From the IMG/VR virus record IMGVR_UViG_3300044976_000024, positions 1 to 28,088 of that record: a stretch of DNA of 28,088 nt. The stretch is one strand, 5' to 3'. Source of the DNA: a virus (lineage: Duplodnaviria; Caudoviricetes). Shown in pieces: positions 1 through 6,309 of this stretch. The notes beneath the pieces were generated by a model that was not told the DNA's origin, did not search any database, and worked only from the letters and a program-made list of their open reading frames with translations. The position numbers and the translations under genes were made by a program. Positions within the stretch are counted from its first letter, which is position 1. Every line of letters starts with the position of its first letter.

Positions 1-10
1 TTCTTTTCTC

Positions 11-93
11 CACCCCGGCGGGGGTGCGCCCGTGGCTACGGGCCTCCCTCGGCGGAGGGATTCCGGTGGCTACCGGAAGAGATAGGTTTATCT
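11..93. repeat. Array of five tandem perfect hairpins with GGYN tetraloops
   Basis: CACCCC-GGCG-GGGGTG (11-26), GCCCGT-GGCT-ACGGGC (28-43), TCCCTC-GGCG-GAGGGA (45-60), TTCCGGT-GGCT-ACCGGAA (61-78), AGATA-GGTT-TATCT (80-93). Confidence 0.9.
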
Positions 94-180
94 ATTTTTG
101 GTAAAGGGAAAGGAGATTAGATATCTATTTAGATATTTGATTTCTAAGCATTATCAGATGATTAACAATCCCTGGATAAA
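81..180. promoter_or_regulatory. AT-rich non-coding tract (promoter and/or DNA-unwinding element)
   Basis: 28 G+C in 100 nt by hand count in a strongly GC-rich genome; TAGATATCTA palindrome at 118-127 and ATATCTA/TAGATAT inverted repeat at 121-136; lies upstream of the first + gene. Confidence 0.55.
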
Positions 181-205
181 GACGTGACACTCCGAAGGAG
201 GAGAC

Positions 206-379
206 ATGGAGTACCTGCTGTATGTGCTGGCGTTCGTCGCCGGCTCGATCACCACCATCGTCATCGACGTGACGGTGAAGGAGCTCAAGCTCCGTAAGGA
301 GCTCAAGCAGAGCATCGAGAAGGCCCGCATCATCAACGAGTACGAAGCCAGCCGTAGCTGGCCCAACAGCTATGCGTAA
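206..379 (+). CDS. Small membrane protein, 57 aa (not in ORF track)
   Basis: AAGGAGGAG SD then ATG at 206; MEYLLYVLAFVAGSITTIVIDVTVKELK...SYA*; hydrophobic N-terminal helix; overlaps the next start. Confidence 0.8.
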   Translation: MEYLLYVLAFVAGSITTIVIDVTVKELKLRKELKQSIEKARIINEYEASRSWPNSYA

Positions 380-620
380 GGCATGGCTGTCGGCCGTCAT
401 CACCAGCGCCCTGATCTGGGCGTTGGTGGTGGCGGCTCTCTATTCGTCGCTGCAGCCGGACGACCTGCTGCACCACGTACTCACCTGGAGCCCGGCACAG
501 CTCGATGAGATGTGCGAGGTCTGGAGCCAGGACCGACAAGCGGTTCTTGAATCGCTGCACGTACTGAACGGTGCCTCGTACGAGGAAGCCGCTGTTGTCG
601 CCACGTTCGTGTGCGACTGA
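372..620 (+). CDS. Hypothetical membrane protein, 82 aa
   Basis: N-terminal hydrophobic stretch (WLSAVITSALIWALVVAALY); 8-nt overlap with the upstream gene; GC-rich third codon positions. Confidence 0.7.
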   Translation: MRKAWLSAVITSALIWALVVAALYSSLQPDDLLHHVLTWSPAQLDEMCEVWSQDRQAVLESLHVLNGASYEEAAVVATFVCD

Positions 621-650
621 ACAAGACGTACAACCCTGAGGAGGGATGGA

Positions 651-1079
651 ATGACACCGATCCACAAGCATGACTGCGAAGCCTGCATCTATGTGGGCTC
701 GTTCACGAAGGTGCGCTACAGCCGCGAGCACGATGACGAACGGCAGGTGCAGCACGACTGCTACGTGTGCCCGAGCAAGCCGGTCAACCTGATCGTCAGG
801 TTCGGGGACATGGGTGAGTACTCATCGAACATGGCCTTCCTGCCGCAGTCCGATTCCATGCGTCGGGCGTATGACCTGGCGATGGGGAGCGAAGCGGTGG
901 ACGGGCACCTCAAAGGTGCTCTCCGCTCTGTGCGCATGGGCGTGTACTCCGACAAGCTCACCGATCTGGTGATGTTCATCAAGCCCGGAGATGATCAGCT
1001 GGTCTACGAGTTCATCACGGACCTGCGTTTCGGAGCACAGGACTCTCGCACTGCCCCGCTCACTCTGACGGGGGACTGA
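651..1079 (+). CDS. Hypothetical protein with His/Cys motifs (HDCEAC, HDCYVC)
   Basis: GAGGAGG SD upstream; phage-like codon use; fills the gap in the operon. Confidence 0.8.
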   Translation: MTPIHKHDCEACIYVGSFTKVRYSREHDDERQVQHDCYVCPSKPVNLIVRFGDMGEYSSNMAFLPQSDSMRRAYDLAMGSEAVDGHLKGALRSVRMGVYSDKLTDLVMFIKPGDDQLVYEFITDLRFGAQDSRTAPLTLTGD

Positions 1080-1084
1080 ACCAT

Positions 1085-1134
1085 CGTCCTGGGCATGACG
1101 TGAAACTGCCCGTCCATTGCAACAACGAGGAGGA
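1085..1134 (+). promoter_or_regulatory. Predicted H-type pseudoknot plus GCAACAACGAGGAGGA start-associated motif (copy 1)
   Basis: S1 CGTC 1085-1088/GACG 1097-1100; S2 GGGCA 1091-1095/TGCCC 1107-1111; motif 1119-1134; ATG at 1138. Confidence 0.6.
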
Positions 1135-1137
1135 AGC

Positions 1138-1413
1138 ATGAGCACCAAGCGAAGGATCCGCACCCACGAGGAGCGGCTCGAAGATGCGCGCAAGGAACTG
1201 GTGCGCCTGGAACAGGAGACGATCACCAAGGCCATCGAACTGCGCAAGCAGTCCGAGGGCTGGACGGTGCGCGCCACCGAGCTGGTGACCAAGGCGCAGG
1301 GCGCGAAGGAGAAGGCGGACGAACTGCTGCAGTCCATCGGCCATGACCCCGTGCTGTTCTGGAAGGAGTACGAAGAGGCCGAGGCTGAAGCTCCTGCTGA
1401 AGGGCAGGAGTGA
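1138..1413 (+). CDS. Hypothetical coiled-coil protein, 91 aa
   Basis: Strong SD; E/K/R-rich helical sequence; GTGA overlap with the next gene. Confidence 0.85.
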   Translation: MSTKRRIRTHEERLEDARKELVRLEQETITKAIELRKQSEGWTVRATELVTKAQGAKEKADELLQSIGHDPVLFWKEYEEAEAEAPAEGQE

Positions 1414-2186
1414 AGCCGGCGGCTCAGGCTGTCGATGAGATCCGCACGCTGCTGCGGGGCAGGCCGGGATTCCTGGTCGGCTCCGCAGTGGCGGGCGAGG
1501 TCTACGACAAGCCGTACAACGACGTGGACGTGTTCGTCCCGTCGGTGGTGAGCCTCGCCTCCACGGTGCAGTTCCTGCTGGACGACGGCGCGAGCCTGGA
1601 TCTGCAGGCCGAGCGCACCTGGAACAGGTGGGACCTGATCGGCACCGGTGATTGGAACACCAACTCGATCAAGCTCGAGACGCTGCACGGCACCGAGGTG
1701 AACGTGGTGTACAAGGTGGTGAACAAGGCACCGCTCACCACCCTGCACACGGTGCTCGGCTCGTTCGACTTCGGCTACGTGGCGATGGGCTACGACCTGC
1801 GGCTGGGCACCTGGCACGACGGACGCGAGTTCTGGTTCGGCCGGGGCTGCGACATGGACCGCCTCGGCATGCTGCCGGAGCGGGAGATGCAGTGGCTCAA
1901 CGGTTCGTTGGGCACCTTCACCGGGGTGCGACAGGCGGAGCGGTACGCCAAGTTCGCCAACCGTGGCTACGACATGTCGCGTTCGGCACCGGTGCTGGTG
2001 CAGGGCTACCGCATCACGGCAGCCCACTACCAGCTCAGCGACGACCCGGAGAAGCTGGAGTACGCCGGGATCTACCTGTCGATCGCCGATCTCATCGAGA
2101 CCGGCGACGTCGACGGGCTGCTGTACGCGTACCAGCATCTGCGCAAGCACGACCCGGTCGGTTCGCTGAAGGCGGCGCTGCCATGA
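1410..2186 (+). CDS. Nucleotidyltransferase (Pol beta / CCA-poly(A) polymerase head-like)
   Basis: hhGSAV...NDVDVF (GS + DxD catalytic signature) and a downstream SFDF motif; GTG start coupled to the upstream stop. Confidence 0.7.
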   Translation: MKPAAQAVDEIRTLLRGRPGFLVGSAVAGEVYDKPYNDVDVFVPSVVSLASTVQFLLDDGASLDLQAERTWNRWDLIGTGDWNTNSIKLETLHGTEVNVVYKVVNKAPLTTLHTVLGSFDFGYVAMGYDLRLGTWHDGREFWFGRGCDMDRLGMLPEREMQWLNGSLGTFTGVRQAERYAKFANRGYDMSRSAPVLVQGYRITAAHYQLSDDPEKLEYAGIYLSIADLIETGDVDGLLYAYQHLRKHDPVGSLKAALP

Positions 2187-2536
2187 GCAAGGGGCTGGAC
2201 CTGGCGATGCTGCGGGCCCGTGCGCTGCTGATGCGCAGTACCAGCAAGGTCAACGAGCTAGGCTGCCGCACTGCTGAAGTGGCAGAGGTGGAGCTGGACG
2301 GACGCACCACCAAGGTCGAGGAGCTGGGCTACTACTGCCGCACCGGCAGGTGGGCGGTGGCTCCCTTGTGCGTCAGCTGCGGCACGCCGGATTGCGTCAT
2401 CCATCTGGATGTCGAACCCGACGAGGCGGACGTGCAACTGGTCGCAGACCTGCGACCCGTCCGTTCGCTGGCACAGATGTTCCGGTTCGGCCGCAGCCGC
2501 GGCTGGTTCCGGGGCACCGGCGGTTACGCCGCCTAG
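2183..2536 (+). CDS. Degenerate HNH/His-Me finger-like Cys protein, 117 aa
   Basis: ATGA overlap at 2183; GC...CVSCGTPDCVIHL resembles the CxNPxCVxxxHL zinc loop of His-Me homing endonucleases, but the catalytic His is not evident. Confidence 0.6.
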   Translation: MSKGLDLAMLRARALLMRSTSKVNELGCRTAEVAEVELDGRTTKVEELGYYCRTGRWAVAPLCVSCGTPDCVIHLDVEPDEADVQLVADLRPVRSLAQMFRFGRSRGWFRGTGGYAA

Positions 2537-2570
2537 CTGTGCCGGACCCCTCATATAGAAAGGAGGTGGC

Positions 2571-3500
2571 ATGTTAGAGAAGTTGATCAAGCTCTATGCG
2601 GCGTACATGACGTTCGGCACCACCGGGCTGATGCCCCATCTGGTGGGCCCGCCAGGTAGTGGCAAGTCGAGCGTCATCGAGGAGCTGGCCGAACTGGTGG
2701 GTGCGGAACTGCACGTCATCAACGTCAGCCGGCTCAGCCCGCTGGAGGTGGAGGGGGTGCAGATGCCGGTCGGGGAGGGGACGGCGATGGTGCTGACCAT
2801 GCTGCCCGCCACCTTCTGGACCCGGCTGAAGGACGGGGACATCATCCTGTTCGATGAGTTCCTGCGGGGATTCCCCGAGGTGTACAACGCACTGCTGGAC
2901 ATCTTCACGTCCAGGAAAGTGGGAGCGTTCCCGCTGCCCCGGGTCTTCATGATCGGGGCGAGCAACTCCATCGCCGCGTACGACGAGGCGTTGGAGGACC
3001 GGCTGCTGCACATCCCGGTGGCTGATCCCCGCAAGCGGCTGACGGAGCGCAAGCGGTTGGGCAGGATGATCGTCGAGCTGACGGGCATCCATCCCGCCAC
3101 CGTCGACAGCAATGAGATGAGCGAACTGCTGGACAAAGCGGTGCTGCCGACGTTCGACGTGCTCGACGCGCTTCTGGACAAGAAGTCCAGGAAGGTGGAG
3201 ACGCCCAAGCTGGGCGGCAGATCGGTGCGCAACCTGATCTCGCAGGTGCAGCTGCGCTACCTGGTCACGCCTGAGCTGAAGGAGCTGATCGAGGACAGCA
3301 ACCTGCGTGCCGAAACCGAGAGCAAGCTGCAGTACCTCGTGCTGCTCGGCAACGAGAAGAACATCGGACGGTTCGGCAAGAACCTCCACCAACTGGTGGG
3401 GAACCCGAAATTGACGAAGGTGCAGCGCAAGAATCTGGAGCTGAACCTCCAGCTGATCGAGCTGGCGGAAGCCAGGAAGGAGAACGACGATGACGAGTAG
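2571..3500 (+). CDS. AAA+ ATPase (MoxR/AAA_5-like)
   Basis: Walker A GPPGSGKS, Walker B ILFDEF, sensor-1 IGASN, ALEDR arginine finger; AAGGAGG SD. Confidence 0.9.
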   Translation: MLEKLIKLYAAYMTFGTTGLMPHLVGPPGSGKSSVIEELAELVGAELHVINVSRLSPLEVEGVQMPVGEGTAMVLTMLPATFWTRLKDGDIILFDEFLRGFPEVYNALLDIFTSRKVGAFPLPRVFMIGASNSIAAYDEALEDRLLHIPVADPRKRLTERKRLGRMIVELTGIHPATVDSNEMSELLDKAVLPTFDVLDALLDKKSRKVETPKLGGRSVRNLISQVQLRYLVTPELKELIEDSNLRAETESKLQYLVLLGNEKNIGRFGKNLHQLVGNPKLTKVQRKNLELNLQLIELAEARKENDDDE

Positions 3501-4437
3501 CCTCAAGCTGGTGGAGGTGAAGGCCGGGACCAGGTTCCCGGTCGCGGCCCTCCGCCGGGTTCTGAAGGACCCGAAGGCGGTGGCGCGGTTCGTGGCGCTG
3601 TACCGGCTGGACGAGTACCAGACCGGAGCGCTGCTGCGGCTGCTGTTCCCGGACAGCCCGGTGGTGCAGGCGCTGGTAGCGTCAGCCCACCTGCACTCCG
3701 GCTCGCTCCAGGGTTTCATCGTGGAGCTGGGGTACGAGAACAAGCTGTTCGACGGCACGGTGCTCACCCCCGAGGAGGAGGTCGAGCCCGAGCCTGATAC
3801 CGATCTGCTGGCGCAGATGTTCGAGCAGCTGCAGGTCAAGGTGGCCGACAACATCGCCGAGGTGGCCGATCAGCTGGCCGACACCCTGGTCGGCATGCCG
3901 GGCAAGGAAGGCCGGATGCGGATGAAGTCGTTGCTGAAGCTGGACCGCCGGATCAAGCGCAAGCTGGGCGTCCACCAGGCGCAGATCCAGCACGCGCACA
4001 AGCCGGACAACCTGGTGGTGTTCGACACCAGCGGCAGCATCGGCGAGAAGACGACGCTCGCCATCGCTGCTCCGGTGGTGGCGATGGCGGTCAAGGCCAA
4101 CGCCCACCTGGTGATCGTCAGCGACGGGGCACGGTGGTGGAAGCCGGGCGAGATCTCGGTCGAAGCGGTGCTCGGTGAAGCCGAGTACGCAGGGACGCAC
4201 TACGAAACCCTCAGCCCGCTCTTCGATCGGGACTGGGGCGTGGTAGTCAGCGTCGCGGACTACGACTCGTCGTACTCCTCGAAGGAGGCGATCGCCGATT
4301 GCACCGGCAGGATCCAGCTGCTGCTGGACATCTCGCTGGTGGAGCGGCCGACGTTCCTGGCCGAATGCCTGGAGCAGCTGGCGGACGAGACCCGTCCGTT
4401 AATGGTGGCCAAGGCTTCGCTGACCCACGCGTACTGA
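3490..4437 (+). CDS. VWA-domain protein (AAA partner)
   Basis: MIDAS motif VVFDTSGS (DxSxS), downstream GT and VAD residues; overlaps the AAA gene. Confidence 0.75.
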   Translation: MTSSLKLVEVKAGTRFPVAALRRVLKDPKAVARFVALYRLDEYQTGALLRLLFPDSPVVQALVASAHLHSGSLQGFIVELGYENKLFDGTVLTPEEEVEPEPDTDLLAQMFEQLQVKVADNIAEVADQLADTLVGMPGKEGRMRMKSLLKLDRRIKRKLGVHQAQIQHAHKPDNLVVFDTSGSIGEKTTLAIAAPVVAMAVKANAHLVIVSDGARWWKPGEISVEAVLGEAEYAGTHYETLSPLFDRDWGVVVSVADYDSSYSSKEAIADCTGRIQLLLDISLVERPTFLAECLEQLADETRPLMVAKASLTHAY

Positions 4438-4751
4438 TGGCGAAAGAAGGAGAGCCCGTCTACTACAACAAGGACGGGAGCGAGCTGACCAGCAAGCAAT
4501 GGAGCGTGCTATTCGACAACCTCAGCTTCAAGCGGATCAAGAAGGACGTGCTGCCGAACGGCCGTGTCGTCTCCACGGTATGGCTGGGGATCGACTACGG
4601 CCATGACCAGCAGCCGCCGCTGATCTTCGAGACGATGGTGTTCCCGTCGGAACGCTCGAACCTCGATGTCGACGTGGAACGCTACAGCACGGAGGAAGAG
4701 GCGCGGGCCGGGCACGCCCGGATGGTGGAGCACTGGTCCACCGAGCAGTAG
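4437..4751 (+). CDS. Conserved phage hypothetical protein, 104 aa
   Basis: TGATG-coupled start at 4437; VSTVWLG...PLIFETMVF...RYSTxxxAxxGH pattern that I recall from phage hypothetical proteins. Confidence 0.8.
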   Translation: MAKEGEPVYYNKDGSELTSKQWSVLFDNLSFKRIKKDVLPNGRVVSTVWLGIDYGHDQQPPLIFETMVFPSERSNLDVDVERYSTEEEARAGHARMVEHWSTEQ

Positions 4752-4761
4752 GACGTTCCGA

Positions 4762-4809
4762 GCAGGGGTGCGTCTGCCTATACGCACACATCCGCAACAA
4801 CGAGGAGGA
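4762..4809 (+). promoter_or_regulatory. Predicted H-type pseudoknot plus GCAACAACGAGGAGGA start-associated motif (copy 2)
   Basis: S1 GCAG 4762-4765/CTGC 4774-4777; S2 GTGCGT 4768-4773/ACGCAC 4782-4787; motif 4794-4809; ATG at 4813. Confidence 0.6.
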
Positions 4810-4812
4810 GAT

Positions 4813-5511
4813 ATGACGGACCAGAACACTCCCAAGGAGATGAAGGCGATCAAGGGCCGGCTCAGCTTCAACAAGCTGACCGCCCTGGAGGCGTACGAGG
4901 AGGCGATCACCGGGCCGTTCGCGGCCAACGTCAAGACGATCGGGGATGCGGCGCCCTACGCGACGCTGCTGCTGACGCAGACCCAGTACGACCGGATCAT
5001 GGCGAAGATCGTGGACGAGTTCCTGCCGTTCTGCGCTGCTCAGTACAAGATCAGCGACAAGGAGAAGAACGCGCTGTCACCCGCCGACATCAAGGGCCTG
5101 ACCGCCCAGCTGGAGGCGGGCACCGGCCCGTACAACACGCCGTTCAAGCAGCCCAGCGACAAGACGCTGGAGCTGATGCCGGACTGCGTGGCGAGCATCA
5201 AGCTGATCGGGCAGAAGGGCAAGGACTTCGACGTCCAGGCCATCGTGAAGAAGGACGACGAGCTGGCGGTGCCTGATCCCGACCGGATCATCCCGCCCGC
5301 GGTGGTGCTGCCGATCGGCGAGACCAAGCACCAGCTCTACAACGGGTGCTGGGTGATCGCGCCGCTGCGGTTCTACAGCTACAAGAACGGGAAGAACCCG
5401 GGCTTCAGCGCCGGGGGCGGCAGCCTGGTGTTCAGCCGGGACGATGCGCCGTTCAGCGGTGGCGGAGCCATCGACAGCGACAGCATCTTCGCTGCGGACG
5501 ACGAGGACTGA
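4813..5511 (+). CDS. ssDNA-binding protein (DUF2815/gp2.5-like), 232 aa
   Basis: GRLSF N-terminus, LYNGCW...FYSY...N.G, acidic C-terminal tail (IFAADDED); typical position beside Cas4 exonuclease and PolA. Confidence 0.7.
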   Translation: MTDQNTPKEMKAIKGRLSFNKLTALEAYEEAITGPFAANVKTIGDAAPYATLLLTQTQYDRIMAKIVDEFLPFCAAQYKISDKEKNALSPADIKGLTAQLEAGTGPYNTPFKQPSDKTLELMPDCVASIKLIGQKGKDFDVQAIVKKDDELAVPDPDRIIPPAVVLPIGETKHQLYNGCWVIAPLRFYSYKNGKNPGFSAGGGSLVFSRDDAPFSGGGAIDSDSIFAADDED

Positions 5512-5517
5512 TGAACA

Positions 5518-5552
5518 ACGGGTGCGGCCGGTATCGGACCGGTCGCACCCGT
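5518..5552 (+). terminator. 15-bp intergenic hairpin (terminator or mRNA stabiliser)
   Basis: ACGGGTGCGGCCGGT / ACCGGTCGCACCCGT, one G-U pair, 5-nt loop; no U-tract. Confidence 0.6.
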
Positions 5553-5577
5553 CGTCGGCACACACCCAGGAGGAACT

Positions 5578-6309
5578 ATGCCGCAAAAATTTTCTGCCAG
5601 CAACGCCACGAAGTTCATGCACTGCCACGCCAGTGCGAATCTGGACCTGGCCATCCCGTACTGGGAGGAGCCGGAGCAGGACCCGGCGGCGGACAACGCC
5701 GCCAACCGGGGCACCAAGATGCACGAAGTGTTCGCGGAGCTGATGCGGCTGCCGCTGCGGGACACCGAGAAGCTCACCGCAGCTGCGGACTACGTGAACT
5801 CGGTGCGTGACCAGCGGCGGTTCAAGAAGCTGGTCGAGGTGACAGAGGTGGCTGACTGGCTACCATCGTCACCCTCTACGACGGCGGACCTGGTGCTGTA
5901 CCTGGCCGACGAGCTGCACGTCTTCGACCTGAAGACGGGCAGGATTCCCATCGAAGTGATCGACAACGATCAGATGCTGTTCTACGCGGCGACCTATCTG
6001 AAGTACGCGCCGCGCGCCAAGGGCGTGACGCTGCACATCGTGCAGCCGTGGGCGCAGAACATCGGCGTCTGGTCGGTGACCACCCACGAGCTGTACCTGT
6101 GGATGGCGCGTGCGATCGAGCACGACCTGATGATCACCGACGGGGACACCACGTTCATGCCGGGGGACCATTGCACGTTCTGCCCCGCCAATCCGCACGG
6201 CAGAGGTGCCAAGGGTTCGCCGCTGTGCCCGGCGATGATGCAGATGCTGTACCCGCAGGCCGCCCTCGATGCGGCGGCCGTCCTGTTGGAGGAGGAGAGA
6301 GATGCATGA
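5578..6309 (+). CDS. Cas4-like PD-(D/E)xK exonuclease (DUF2800-like)
   Basis: GTKMHE, TADLV, FDLKTG, QMLFYA, and C-terminal HCTFCPA...C with an N-terminal Cys (Fe-S staple). Confidence 0.85.
   Translation: MPQKFSASNATKFMHCHASANLDLAIPYWEEPEQDPAADNAANRGTKMHEVFAELMRLPLRDTEKLTAAADYVNSVRDQRRFKKLVEVTEVADWLPSSPSTTADLVLYLADELHVFDLKTGRIPIEVIDNDQMLFYAATYLKYAPRAKGVTLHIVQPWAQNIGVWSVTTHELYLWMARAIEHDLMITDGDTTFMPGDHCTFCPANPHGRGAKGSPLCPAMMQMLYPQAALDAAAVLLEEERDA

Noticed and set aside
278-308. Direct repeat AAGGAGCTCAAGC x2
   Set aside because: Explained by the repeated KELK peptide in the 57-aa ORF.
1085-1111. Possible hammerhead ribozyme (contains TGAxG...GAAAC)
   Set aside because: Lacks the CUGANGA core and the three-stem geometry; the pairings fit a simple H-type pseudoknot.
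5578-6309. Cas4-like gene as evidence of a CRISPR system
   Set aside because: No repeat-spacer array or other cas genes; solo Cas4-like exonucleases are standard in phage replication modules.
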